In this document: in pieces, positions 32,022 through 41,662 of the stretch | Position numbering within the stretch: position 1 is the first letter of the stretch | How the letters are laid out: every line of letters starts with the position of its first letter | Assembly: GCA_035708525.1 (NCBI GenBank) | Contig: DASSSH010000180.1 | Span: 1-60,872, forward strand | Direction of reading: 5' to 3' | Source: Candidatus Methylomirabilota bacterium | GTDB lineage: Bacteria > Methylomirabilota > Methylomirabilia > Rokubacteriales > CSP1-6 | Length of the DNA: 60,872 nucleotides | The notes under the pieces: generated by a model | Told to the model about the DNA's origin: nothing | The model's input: only the letters and a program-made list of their open reading frames with translations | The model's database searches: none | Position numbers and translations under genes: made by a program

Positions 32022-34298
32022 TTGATGCGCAAGCAGGGGAGAACTTTTCTCTCCATTTTTTTTGCCCTCCTGCTGGCGGGTGCCGGGATCAGCTTCGCCC
32101 AGGCTCCGCCTCCGCCGGATCGGCAGATCCTCGTCAAGGAGCTCGCCGTCCAGGGCAACCGCCGCGTGCAGGAGGCCGTGATCCTGGGCCGGGTCAGCGC
32201 CAAGGTCGGCCAGCCATTCTCACCCACCCGCCAGGCTGAAGACATCCGGAACATCTTCGCCCTCGGTTTTTTCGACGACGTCCAGCTCAAGGTCGAGGAT
32301 TTCGAGGGCGGCGTCAAGCTGACCTTCGTGGTCGTGGAGCGGCCGTTCGTCCGTGACATCCTCTTCGCCGGGAACAAGAAGCTCGACTCGTCGGCCCTCC
32401 AGGAGAAGATCGACCTCAAGCTGGGGAGCGTGTACAACCCGGTCGCGGTGACGCGGGCCGCCGAGAAGCTCAAGGAGTACTACGAGGAGGAGGGCTACTT
32501 CGAGGTCGCGATCACGCCCGATGCCGAGAAGCTTCCCGACGGGGACGTGACGGTCACCTTCCGCATCGCCGAAGGGCGGAAGATCACCATCGAAGAGATC
32601 GTGATCGAGGGGACCAAGGGGCTCAAGCCCAAGCAGGTCAAGGACATCATGCTGACGCGGGAACGCGAGTTCTTCATCCTGCGCGGCACGGTCCAGCGGC
32701 AAAAGCTGGACGAGGACGTCGAGCGGATCATCCAGCTCTACAACGACCACGGCTACGTCCAGGCGCGCGTCGAGTCCTCCGACATCCAGGTCGACCGCGC
32801 CAAGGCCCGGGCCACGATCAAGATCGTGGTCGTCGAAGGCGCGCAGTTCCACGTGGGCGGGGTCGACATCACCGGAAACAACGTCCTGCCCCTCGAGGAG
32901 ATCAAGCGCCGGATCCTCCTCGTGCCCGGGGACGTGTTCTCGCGCTCGAAGCTGCGGGAGAGCGTCAAGGGCATCACGGACGTCTACGGGACCATCGGGC
33001 GCGCCTCGGCGGACGTCAACCCCAACGTCACCCAGGACCTGGCGAATCTCAGGATCAACGTGACGTTCGAGATCTCCGAAGGCCCCGAGGTCTTCGTCGA
33101 GCGGATCAACATCAGCGGCAACACGCGGAGCGAGGAGAAGATCCTGCGTCGCGAGATCCCCATGGCCGAAGGAGAGCTGTTCACGACCCCCAAGCTGCTG
33201 CGCGCGAAGCAGCGCTTGACGAACCTCAACTACTTCGACAAGGTCAGCGCGACCACCGCGCCCGGCTCCTCGAAGGACAAGATCATCGTCAACATCGACG
33301 TGACCGAGAAGCCCACGGGCCTGTTCTCCATCGGCGGCGGCTACAGCTCCCAGGACGGCGCCCTCGGCACCCTGGACCTCTCCCAGCGCAACTTTCTCGG
33401 CAAGGGCTGGGAGGTCTTCCTCCGCCTGCGCGGCGGTGAGAAGGTCCAGCAAGGGCAGATTGGCTTCACGGAGCCCTGGCTGTTCGACCGACCCCTCGCG
33501 GCAGGGTTCGACCTCTTCAACAACCGACGCATCCTGTCCGATTACACGGTCAACTCCCTCGGTGGCGACATCCGATTCGGCTACCCCGTCGGGGACTACT
33601 CCCGGGCTGCCGCTATCTACCGCGTCAGCAACGACCGCGTCAGCGACATCCCGTCGACCGCGAGCTCCGAGCTCCAGGACGCGAAGGGTGATCACCTCAT
33701 CTCGCTCATCGGCACGTCGTTGAGCCGGGACACCCGGGATAGCGCCTTCGAGACGACCAAGGGCAGCACCCAGGGTATCGGCGTGGACTTCGCGGGTGTC
33801 GGCTTCGGTGAAAAGTTCGTCCGCACTGTCGCCAGCGCCACGTACTTCCACCCGCTCTGGCTCGACCACGTGATCAGCGGACGGATCCTGGGCGGGTACA
33901 TGTTCGGGTGGGCGGACGAGCCGGTGCCGCTCTTCGAGCGCTTCTACCTGGGCGGCTCCAACACGCTGCGCCAATTCAAGGCGCTCCAGGTGTCGCCTCG
34001 GGACAGCAGCGGGACGCGGATCGGCGGCAACGTCGAGCTGGTCGGGAACATCGAGTACCTGATCCCGCTGTTCTTCGGAATCCGGGCGGCGCTGTTCTAC
34101 GATGTGGGCAATGTGTGGGGGCCTGACGAGGCAAACCGGCCCCGGTTCGATCCGACCGACCTCCGGCACGGCGCAGGCCTCGGGTTCCGGTGGAACTCGC
34201 CCTTCGGTCCCATCCGGGTCGACTACGGCGTCAAGCTCGACAGGAAGAAGGGCGAGAGCTTCGGCAACTTCAATTTCTCCGTGGGTTCCGCATTCTAG
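32022..34298 (+). CDS. bamA: Outer membrane protein assembly factor BamA
   Basis: 758 aa with a signal peptide, POTRA repeats and a C-terminal Omp85 barrel ending ...FNFSVGSAF. The start is TTG 32022 or ATG 32025. Confidence 0.93.
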   Translation: MMRKQGRTFLSIFFALLLAGAGISFAQAPPPPDRQILVKELAVQGNRRVQEAVILGRVSAKVGQPFSPTRQAEDIRNIFALGFFDDVQLKVEDFEGGVKLTFVVVERPFVRDILFAGNKKLDSSALQEKIDLKLGSVYNPVAVTRAAEKLKEYYEEEGYFEVAITPDAEKLPDGDVTVTFRIAEGRKITIEEIVIEGTKGLKPKQVKDIMLTREREFFILRGTVQRQKLDEDVERIIQLYNDHGYVQARVESSDIQVDRAKARATIKIVVVEGAQFHVGGVDITGNNVLPLEEIKRRILLVPGDVFSRSKLRESVKGITDVYGTIGRASADVNPNVTQDLANLRINVTFEISEGPEVFVERINISGNTRSEEKILRREIPMAEGELFTTPKLLRAKQRLTNLNYFDKVSATTAPGSSKDKIIVNIDVTEKPTGLFSIGGGYSSQDGALGTLDLSQRNFLGKGWEVFLRLRGGEKVQQGQIGFTEPWLFDRPLAAGFDLFNNRRILSDYTVNSLGGDIRFGYPVGDYSRAAAIYRVSNDRVSDIPSTASSELQDAKGDHLISLIGTSLSRDTRDSAFETTKGSTQGIGVDFAGVGFGEKFVRTVASATYFHPLWLDHVISGRILGGYMFGWADEPVPLFERFYLGGSNTLRQFKALQVSPRDSSGTRIGGNVELVGNIEYLIPLFFGIRAALFYDVGNVWGPDEANRPRFDPTDLRHGAGLGFRWNSPFGPIRVDYGVKLDRKKGESFGNFNFSVGSAF

Positions 34299-34317
34299 TC
34301 GAGGAGGGCGGGCAGCG

Positions 34318-34881
34318 ATGAAGGGTCTAAGGCTGGTCAGTGCGGCAGTGCTCCTGGGCGCCGGCATGGTCGCGGGCATGTGGATGGGCGCGCCGGCGAT
34401 CTCGGCGCAGAGCGCCTCCGGGGGGCGCGTGGCGATCATCGACGTCCAGCGGGTCCTGGCGCGGTCGGCCGCCGGCGTGGCGGCCAGGGAGCAGCTCGAG
34501 AAGGAGAAGGCCGCGATGCAGAAGCAGGTGGACGGGCAGCGCGTCGAGCTCGAGAAGATGCGCGACGAGCTCGAGAAGAAGGGCCAGCTCCTGTCCGCGG
34601 AGGCCCGGCGGGAGAAGCAGGAAGCGCTGGAGCGGAAGGTGCGGGACACCCGCCGCCTCGTGGACGACCTGCAGGCGTCGCTGCAGAAGAAAGAGGAGGC
34701 CCTCCTGTCCAAGGTCCTCCAGGACCTGAGCGGGCTGGTCCAGAAGGTCGGGAAGGAAAAGGGCTACGCCATCATCCTGGAGCGCCAGCGCGCCGGCGTG
34801 CTCTACGCGGCGGCCGAGGCCGACGTCACCGACGACGTCCTCAGGGCCTACGACGACGAAACCAAGAAGGCCAAGAAGTAG
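34318..34881 (+). CDS. skp: Periplasmic chaperone Skp (OmpH family)
   Basis: The signal peptide is MKGLRLVSAAVLLGAGMVAGMWMGAPAISA, followed by a coiled-coil rich in E/K/Q. It occupies the conserved position between bamA and lpxD. Confidence 0.85.
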   Translation: MKGLRLVSAAVLLGAGMVAGMWMGAPAISAQSASGGRVAIIDVQRVLARSAAGVAAREQLEKEKAAMQKQVDGQRVELEKMRDELEKKGQLLSAEARREKQEALERKVRDTRRLVDDLQASLQKKEEALLSKVLQDLSGLVQKVGKEKGYAIILERQRAGVLYAAAEADVTDDVLRAYDDETKKAKK

Positions 34882-35925
34882 GTGAGCGCCAGCGCCTCGT
34901 TCACGCTCGGTCGGCTCGCCGAGGCGCTCGGGGCGACCCTCGAGGGCGACGCGGCTCGCGTCATGACCGGTGTGGCCCCGCTGGAGTCCGCCGGGCCGGC
35001 CCAGGTCTCGTTCCTGAGCGGCAGCAAGTACCAGCGCCTGGCCGAGTCCACCCAGGCCGGCGCGCTGGTCGTGCCGCGGGACGCGACCGGTTTGCGATGC
35101 GCGCTCCTGCGCGTGGATTCCCCGCAAGCAGCGCTCATCACGCTGCTGCGCCTCTTCCACCCCGAGCCGCCGACGACGCCCGGCATTCACCCGACCGCGG
35201 CGGTGGCCGAGGGCGCCCGCGTGGATCCCACGGCGGCCGTGGGCCCCCAGGCGGTGATCGAGAGGGGGGCCGTCGTCGGCGCCCGCAGCCGGATCGGGGC
35301 GCTCTGCTTCGTCGGCGTCGACGCGGTGATCGGCGAAGACGTGCTGCTCTATCCGCGCGCGGTGGTCCGCGACGGTGTCCGCATCGGGCACCGCGTGATC
35401 GTCCACCCCGGAGCCGTGCTGGGCGCCGATGGATTCGGCTACGCCTTCGACGGCACCACGCACCGCAAGATCCCTCAGGTCGGCGGTCTCCGCGTCGAGG
35501 ACGACGTCGAGATCGGCGCCAACACGACCATCGACCGGGGGACCCTCGGGGATACGGTCATCGGGCGGGGCACCAAGATCGACAATCTGGTGCAGGTGGG
35601 GCACAACTGCGAGGTCGGCGAGCACGTGATCCTGGTCTCGCAGGTCGGCATCTCTGGCTCCTGCCGGATCGGCAGCCGTGCCATTCTGGCGGGGCAGGTC
35701 GGGATCGCCGATCACGTGACGGTGGGAGAGGGCGCCATCCTCACCGCCAAATCGGGCGTGCCCAGCGACATCCCGGCGGGCGAGGTCTGGAGCGGCATCC
35801 CGAGCCGGCCGAGCGGCCAGGCACGCCGCATCTGGGCGGCCGAGGCCATGCTGCCCGATCTGATCAAGAAGGTGCGCGCGCTGGAAAAACGGGTGCGCCA
35901 GCTCGAGGAGAGGCGGAGCGGCTGA
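34882..35925 (+). CDS. lpxD: UDP-3-O-acylglucosamine N-acyltransferase
   Basis: 347 aa with the N-terminal uridine-binding domain ([17 protein letters not shown]) and a left-handed beta-helix of hexapeptide repeats. Confidence 0.93.
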   Translation: MSASASFTLGRLAEALGATLEGDAARVMTGVAPLESAGPAQVSFLSGSKYQRLAESTQAGALVVPRDATGLRCALLRVDSPQAALITLLRLFHPEPPTTPGIHPTAAVAEGARVDPTAAVGPQAVIERGAVVGARSRIGALCFVGVDAVIGEDVLLYPRAVVRDGVRIGHRVIVHPGAVLGADGFGYAFDGTTHRKIPQVGGLRVEDDVEIGANTTIDRGTLGDTVIGRGTKIDNLVQVGHNCEVGEHVILVSQVGISGSCRIGSRAILAGQVGIADHVTVGEGAILTAKSGVPSDIPAGEVWSGIPSRPSGQARRIWAAEAMLPDLIKKVRALEKRVRQLEERRSG

Positions 35926-35926
35926 C

Positions 35927-36751
35927 ATGATCCATCCCACGGCGGTGATCGATTCCAAGGCGGAGCTCGCCGCGGGCGTCCGGGTCGGCCCCTACGCGGT
36001 GATCGGGCCCGAGGTGTGGATCGCAGAGGCGACCGAGATCGGTGCCCACGCGGTCCTCGAGGGGCGGGTGCGGATCGGCGCCCGCTGCCGCATCGGTCAC
36101 GGCGCGGTCATCGGAGGCCGACCTCAAGATTTCAAGTTCCGCGAGGGCACACCGGTGGGCGTCCGAATCGGTGACGAGACCGCGATCCGGGAATATGCCA
36201 CGATCCACCGCGCGACCCATGAGGGTGAGGACACGCGCATCGGCGATCACTGCCTCATCATGGCCTCGAGCCATGTCGCCCACGACTGCGTCGTCGGCAA
36301 CCACGTGGTCATCATCAACTACGCGGGGCTCACGGGCCACATCACGGTGGAGGACTTCGCGACCATCGGCGGCCTCACGGGCATCCACCCGTTCAGCCGC
36401 ATCGGCGCCTACGCCTACATCGGCGGCTGCTCGAAGGTGACCCAGGACGTCCCGCCGTTCATCATCGCGGACGGGATCCCCGCGACCGCGCGGGCGGTCA
36501 ATGTCATCGGCATGAGGCGCGGCGGCATCGCCGCCCCGGGCCGCCGGCAGGTCCAGGCGGCGTTCCGGATCCTCTACCGCTCCGGACTGGCGCCCGGGAG
36601 CGCGGTGAAGCGGCTGAAGGAGGAGCTGGCGGGCGACCCGCTCGTGGCGAAGCTGGTGGAGTTCATCGAAGGCTCCAAGCGCGGCATCGTGCCCGCGGCC
36701 CGTGCCGCCGGGACGGAGGCCGACGCGGAGCTCGAGGAGAGGATCTTTTGA
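35927..36751 (+). CDS. lpxA: Acyl-ACP--UDP-N-acetylglucosamine O-acyltransferase
   Basis: MIHPTAVIDSKAELAAGVRVGPYAVIG..., hexapeptide repeats and a C-terminal helical domain. Confidence 0.93.
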   Translation: MIHPTAVIDSKAELAAGVRVGPYAVIGPEVWIAEATEIGAHAVLEGRVRIGARCRIGHGAVIGGRPQDFKFREGTPVGVRIGDETAIREYATIHRATHEGEDTRIGDHCLIMASSHVAHDCVVGNHVVIINYAGLTGHITVEDFATIGGLTGIHPFSRIGAYAYIGGCSKVTQDVPPFIIADGIPATARAVNVIGMRRGGIAAPGRRQVQAAFRILYRSGLAPGSAVKRLKEELAGDPLVAKLVEFIEGSKRGIVPAARAAGTEADAELEERIF

Positions 36752-37779
36752 AGCCACCGACCGAACCGAACATCCGCGGGGCCGTCGTCGGCGCCGGCCA
36801 CATGGGGCAGTACCACGTCCTGGCGCTGGCCGAGATCTGGGGCGTGGATCTCGTGGGCGTCGTGGACTCCGACCTCGAGCGGGCTCGGCAGGTGGCAGCG
36901 CCGTACGGCGTGCGCGCCTTCCACGATCACCGCGAGCTGGTCGGGCAGGTGGACTTCGTCACGGTCGCCGTGCCGACGGGGCGCCACTTCGAGGTGGCCC
37001 GCGATCTGCTCGAGACCGGTATCCACGTGCTGGTCGAAAAGCCCATGTCCTCCTCGCTGGAGGAAGCCAAGGAGCTCTTCCGGCTGGCGCGCCAGCACAA
37101 CCGCGTCCTGCACGTGGGCCATGTCGAGCGCTTCAACGGCGCCGTGCAGGAGCTCCGCAAGATCGTGGAGCGACCGATCCTGATCGAGTCCCGTCGCCTG
37201 GGGCCCTTCGTGCCGCGCGTGCAGAACGACTCCGTCGTCATGGACCTGATGATCCACGACATCGACATCGTCCTGGGGTTGGTGGACAGTGAGCCGCGGA
37301 AGATGACCGCCGTGGGAGCGTCAGTCCACTCGCGGGTGACGGACGTGGCCACCGTGCAGATCGTCTTCGACTCGGGCGCGATGGCGACCATCACGGCCAG
37401 CCGCGCGACGGAGGAGAAGATCCGCACCCTCGCCATCACTCAGCCCGACGCCTACATCGTGCTCGATTACGGCACCCAGGACATCCAGATCCACCGGCGG
37501 GCCGACCAGGAGTACACCCTCAACCGGGAGTCCATCCGTTACCGACAGGCGTCGTTCGTCGAGCACCTCCTCGTCCACAAGGACAATCCCCTCAAGCTGG
37601 AGATCCGCCATCTTGTCGGCGCGGTGCGATCGGCCCAGGCCAGCGGCCAGGTGGAGCTGCCCGAGGCGGAGGACCTCCGGTCGCTCGCCGTCGCGCTGGA
37701 GATCGAGCGGATGATCCGCGAGGGCCGGGGTGAGATCGCCTGGCCGAAGGATCTTCCGTGGAGCGTGTCCTCGGTCTGA
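36748..37779 (+). CDS. Gfo/Idh/MocA family NAD(P)-dependent oxidoreductase embedded in the lipid A operon
   Basis: The TTG start lies in a TTGA overlap with lpxA. The Rossmann motif is VVGAGHMGQYH, and the protein has the typical two-domain length of 343 aa. Confidence 0.8.
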   Translation: MKPPTEPNIRGAVVGAGHMGQYHVLALAEIWGVDLVGVVDSDLERARQVAAPYGVRAFHDHRELVGQVDFVTVAVPTGRHFEVARDLLETGIHVLVEKPMSSSLEEAKELFRLARQHNRVLHVGHVERFNGAVQELRKIVERPILIESRRLGPFVPRVQNDSVVMDLMIHDIDIVLGLVDSEPRKMTAVGASVHSRVTDVATVQIVFDSGAMATITASRATEEKIRTLAITQPDAYIVLDYGTQDIQIHRRADQEYTLNRESIRYRQASFVEHLLVHKDNPLKLEIRHLVGAVRSAQASGQVELPEAEDLRSLAVALEIERMIREGRGEIAWPKDLPWSVSSV

Positions 37780-38564
37780 TGGCCGGCGCCGGGGTGCTCC
37801 CCGGCCGGGCGGCCGCCGAAGCCAAGCGCCACGGCTGGCGCGTCGCCGCCTTCGCCTTCGACGAAGCGCCGGGGCTCGCCGAGGTAGCCGACGATTTCGT
37901 CCCGTCCAGGATCACCGACATCCAGTCCGTGCTCCAGGGACTCGCCGCCCGCCAGGTCAGCGCCGCGGTGTTCGTCGGCAAGTTCGCCAAGGAGCGCGTC
38001 TTCTCCGATGTCGAGCGCACGGATGTGGCGGGGCGCCGGATGGCGCGCCTCGGGCTGTCCGACGCCGCACTGGGGGAAATGGTGGTGGCGGCCCTCAAGG
38101 GCATCGGCGTCGAGGTGCTGGACCAGCGCGAGTTCCTCTCGCCGTGGCTCATCGCCACGGGGCGGCTGACGCGCCGGGCCCCATCCGCCGAGGAGACCGA
38201 CGAGATCCGCGCCGGCTTCGCGCTCGCGCGGCACCTGGCTACCTTCGGCGTGGGGCAAACCGTGGTGCGCTCACGAGGGGTGACCGTGGCGGTGGAAGCG
38301 GCGGAGGGAACCGATGAGACGATCCGGCGCGGCTCGCGCCTGGCAGGGCCGGGCACCGTCGTGATCAAGGCCGTCGCCGCCGCGCATGACTACCGTTTCG
38401 ACGTCCCCACGATCGGATCGAGCACGCTCGAGGCCATGGTCGCCGGCGGTGCGACGGCCCTCGCCGTGGACAGTGGCAAGCTCCTGCTGGTGGATCGGGA
38501 CGAGGTCGTCCGCATGGCCGATGCCGCCGGCATCGCGGTGGTGAGCGTCGATGCCCAAGGCTGA
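37758..38564 (+). CDS. lpxI: UDP-2,3-diacylglucosamine pyrophosphatase LpxI (DUF1009)
   Basis: GLMAGAGVLP N-terminus, VAVEAAEGTDETIRRG, DVPTIG and LLLVDRDEV. These closely match the LpxI family pattern as I recall it from Caulobacter. Confidence 0.88.
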   Translation: MERVLGLMAGAGVLPGRAAAEAKRHGWRVAAFAFDEAPGLAEVADDFVPSRITDIQSVLQGLAARQVSAAVFVGKFAKERVFSDVERTDVAGRRMARLGLSDAALGEMVVAALKGIGVEVLDQREFLSPWLIATGRLTRRAPSAEETDEIRAGFALARHLATFGVGQTVVRSRGVTVAVEAAEGTDETIRRGSRLAGPGTVVIKAVAAAHDYRFDVPTIGSSTLEAMVAGGATALAVDSGKLLLVDRDEVVRMADAAGIAVVSVDAQG

Positions 38565-39714
38565 CACCCCCCTCATCATGCTGTCGGCGGGCGAGGCCTC
38601 GGGCGATCTGCACGGCGGCACGCTCTGCCGAGCGCTGCGCGAGCTCGTGCCCGACACGCGGCTGGTCGGCATGGGAGGGCCGCGGATGGCCGAGGCCGGG
38701 ATGGAGATCGTCGCCGACCCGACGGCTCACGCCGTGGTCGGCATGAGCGAGGCGGTCGGTCGGATCCCGGGACTCTACCGCGCCTACCGTACCCTCGTGC
38801 GGCGGATCTGCGACGAGCGCCCGCGCGCCCTGGTCCTCATCGATTTCCCGGAATTCAACCTGCGGCTGGCGCGCCAGGCGCGCCGGGCAGGGATCCCGGT
38901 GGTCTACTTCATCCCGCCCCAGCTCTGGGCCTGGCGGCGGGGGAGGATCCGCCAGATGGCGCGTCGGGTGAGCCGGGTGCTGGCGGTCTTCCCCTTCGAA
39001 CCCTCGCTCTACGAGCAGGCGCACGTCGCCGTGGAATTTGTCGGTCATCCGCTGCTGGACGTCCTGCCGCTCAGCCTCTCCCGCGAGGAAGCGCGGCGGC
39101 GGCTCGGTCTCGATCCCGCCGTCACCCTGATCGGACTGCTGCCCGGAAGCCGGCGGGAAGAGGTCGCGCGACTCTTGCCCGCGATGCTCGAGGCAGCCCG
39201 CCGGCTCGCGGCCGTCGATCCACGCCGCCGCTTCCTGGTCGGCGCCGCGCCGAGCGTGGATCGGTCCCAGCTGGCCGCCCTGCTGGCCGCCGCCGCCGGT
39301 GCCGGAGGGCCGCCGGTGGAGGTCGTCGAAGGACTCACCCACGAGCTGATGGCGGCCTCCGACGTGGTGCTCATCGCGTCGGGAACCGCGACACTCGAGG
39401 CGGCACTGCTGAGCGTCCCCATGGTGGTCTGCTACCGCGTCTCGCGACTGACCGAAGCCATCGCGCGCATGCTGGCCCGGGTCCGGTGGATCAGCCTGCC
39501 GAACATCGTGGCCGGACGTCAGGCCGTGCCCGAGGTTCTCCAGAACGAGGTGACCGGTCAACGGCTGGCCGACGAGGCGCTGAAGCTGCTCGAGGACGCG
39601 CCCGCCGCCACGGCCCAGCGCGCGGCCTTCAAGGAAATCCGCAGCCGGCTGGGCGAGCCGGGAGTCGGCCCGCGGGCCGCCCGAGCCGTGCTGGAGGCCG
39701 CGCGGGTGGCATGA
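38551..39714 (+). CDS. lpxB: Lipid-A-disaccharide synthase
   Basis: The N-terminus is IMLSAGEASGDLHG, and the protein has a GT19 fold and length (387 aa). Confidence 0.92.
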   Translation: MPKADTPLIMLSAGEASGDLHGGTLCRALRELVPDTRLVGMGGPRMAEAGMEIVADPTAHAVVGMSEAVGRIPGLYRAYRTLVRRICDERPRALVLIDFPEFNLRLARQARRAGIPVVYFIPPQLWAWRRGRIRQMARRVSRVLAVFPFEPSLYEQAHVAVEFVGHPLLDVLPLSLSREEARRRLGLDPAVTLIGLLPGSRREEVARLLPAMLEAARRLAAVDPRRRFLVGAAPSVDRSQLAALLAAAAGAGGPPVEVVEGLTHELMAASDVVLIASGTATLEAALLSVPMVVCYRVSRLTEAIARMLARVRWISLPNIVAGRQAVPEVLQNEVTGQRLADEALKLLEDAPAATAQRAAFKEIRSRLGEPGVGPRAARAVLEAARVA

Positions 39715-40358
39715 AGCGCTGGCTCACGCGGTCCCTGGGCCCGGTGCTCGGCGCCTGGGCCGTCAGGCTCCTGGCCCTCACCCTCCGCATCCACCGCGAG
39801 GAAGGGACCGTCCAGCCCCTGTGGCGGATGCAGACACCGACGATCTATGCCGCCTGGCACAGCCGGATTCTCCTGCTGCCGTATCTGTACGGCTGGCGGC
39901 GAACGCGGGTCCTGGCCAGCCGCTCCGAGGACGGGGAGCTGGTGGTCCGCTTCATCGCCCGCTTCGGCATGCGGGCTGTTCGAGGATCATCCAGCCGGGG
40001 CGGGGCCGGCGCCCTGCGCGCGCTCAGACGCTTGCTGTCGACCGGCGCCGACGTCTTCGTCGTTCCCGACGGCCCCACGGGGCCGCGCGAGATCGCCAAG
40101 CCCGGCATCGTGATGCTGGCGCGGCTGAGCGGCGCCCCCATCGTGCCGATGGCGCTGGGCGCCTCGCGCGAATGGCGCCTGGCCTCGTGGGACGAGTTCA
40201 GGATCCCCAAGCCGTTCGCCCGGTGCGTGATGCGCTTCGGCGAGCCCATCCACATCGCCCGCCATATCGGACGCGACGGTGAGGAGGCCGCGCGGAAGGA
40301 GGTCGAAGCGGCGCTGCACGCGCTGACCTCCCAGGTGGACGCGGAGGCGCGCGGCTGA
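39711..40358 (+). CDS. DUF374 (LPLAT-like) protein of unknown function
   Basis: 215 aa. It has an N-terminal hydrophobic segment, WHSRILLLPY, and PDGPTGPRE (a DGPRGP-like motif). An ATGA overlap links it to lpxB and a TGATG overlap links it to waaA. Confidence 0.75.
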   Translation: MKRWLTRSLGPVLGAWAVRLLALTLRIHREEGTVQPLWRMQTPTIYAAWHSRILLLPYLYGWRRTRVLASRSEDGELVVRFIARFGMRAVRGSSSRGGAGALRALRRLLSTGADVFVVPDGPTGPREIAKPGIVMLARLSGAPIVPMALGASREWRLASWDEFRIPKPFARCVMRFGEPIHIARHIGRDGEEAARKEVEAALHALTSQVDAEARG

Positions 40359-41662
40359 TGTACCTCCTCTACTCGGCCGCGCTCGCCGTCGTGCTGCTCG
40401 CCTACCTGCCGGTCTTTCTCGTCCGCCGCCTCGGGCGCAGCGGCTATGGCCGCGCCTTCGGCCAGCGGCTGGGTCGACTCGACGGTCTGCCGCCCGAGCC
40501 GCGCTGCTGGATCCACGCCGTCTCCGTGGGCGAGGCCGCGGCGGCGGCGCCGCTCGTCGAGGGCATCCGCCGCCGCTGGCCGGAGCTCTCCGTCGTGGTG
40601 AGCACCGTGACGCCGACGGGCGCTCAGATCGTGAGGGACCGGCTGGACGGCCTGGCGACGCACCGGTTCTTCCCACTGGATCTGCCGGGGCCGGTTCGTC
40701 GCGCGCTCCGGGCCGTCAACCCGCGCTTCTTCATCGCGATGGAGACGGAGCTCTGGCCAAACTTCCTTCGCGCCCTCGCCCGTCGCGGCGTGCCGTCCAT
40801 GGTGGCCAACGGTCGCATCTCCGACCGTTCGTACCGTCGCTACCGATTGATCCGGCCCGCCATGGCGCGCATGCTGGCCCATGTGTCGGTGTTCGCGATG
40901 CAGTCGGACGAGGACGCGCGGCGCATCATCGGGCTCGGAGCCTCCCCGGAGCGGGTGGTCGTCACCGGAAACCTCAAGAGCGATCTCCAGCCGCCCGACG
41001 CCCGCGCCGACGCCATCTGGGAGCGGCTCCTGGGCCTGCGCCCGGGTGAGCGGCTCTGGGTAGCCGGCAGCACCCACCGGGGCGAGGAAGCGATCGTGCT
41101 CGACGTCCTGACGCGGCTCAAGCCGCGCGTCCCCGATCTGGCCCTGCTGCTGGCGCCGCGCCATCCCGAGCGCGTCGAGGAGGTCGAGCGGCTGGTCCGC
41201 GAGCGCGGGCTCTCGCCCGTGCGCCGCACGAGCCTGCCGCGGGAGCGCGCGGCGGGCGCCGTGATCATCCTCGACACGGTGGGCGAGCTGGCCGAGTGCT
41301 ATCGGCTGGCGGACGTGGTGTTCGTGGGTGGAAGCCTCGTCCCGACCGGCGGGCACAACATGCTCGAGCCGGCGCTGCGGCGCAAGCCCGTCCTCTTCGG
41401 ACCGCATACGAGCAACTTCCGCGAGAGCGCCGAGCTGCTCCAGGCGGCGGGTGCCGCCCTGGTGGTCAAGGACGCCGATGGGCTGGAAAGCGAGATGGCC
41501 CGGCTCATGGAGTCCGAGGAGCTGAGGCGCCGGATGGGCGAGGCCGGCTTCGGCGCCGTCGTGGCGCGACAAGGCGCGTTGAAGCAGACCCTCGACCTGG
41601 TCGAGCGCTTTCTCCTCGGCGCGGGCGTGGACGGGACGCGGCGGGGTGGGACACGATGCTGA
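40358..41662 (+). CDS. waaA: 3-deoxy-D-manno-octulosonic acid (Kdo) transferase
   Basis: 434 aa in the GT30 family. It has the WIHAVSVGE motif and a C-terminal GGSLVPTGGHNMLEPA. Confidence 0.92.
   Translation: MYLLYSAALAVVLLAYLPVFLVRRLGRSGYGRAFGQRLGRLDGLPPEPRCWIHAVSVGEAAAAAPLVEGIRRRWPELSVVVSTVTPTGAQIVRDRLDGLATHRFFPLDLPGPVRRALRAVNPRFFIAMETELWPNFLRALARRGVPSMVANGRISDRSYRRYRLIRPAMARMLAHVSVFAMQSDEDARRIIGLGASPERVVVTGNLKSDLQPPDARADAIWERLLGLRPGERLWVAGSTHRGEEAIVLDVLTRLKPRVPDLALLLAPRHPERVEEVERLVRERGLSPVRRTSLPRERAAGAVIILDTVGELAECYRLADVVFVGGSLVPTGGHNMLEPALRRKPVLFGPHTSNFRESAELLQAAGAALVVKDADGLESEMARLMESEELRRRMGEAGFGAVVARQGALKQTLDLVERFLLGAGVDGTRRGGTRC

Noticed and set aside
32220-34712. 830-aa minus-strand ORF spanning bamA and skp
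   Set aside because: This is the same GC-rich antisense artefact. It crosses a gene boundary on the opposite strand and has no domain signature. The other long minus-strand ORFs in the track behave the same way, for example 5919-7478, 39845-41572, 54012-55499, 27155-28840 and 20101-21447.
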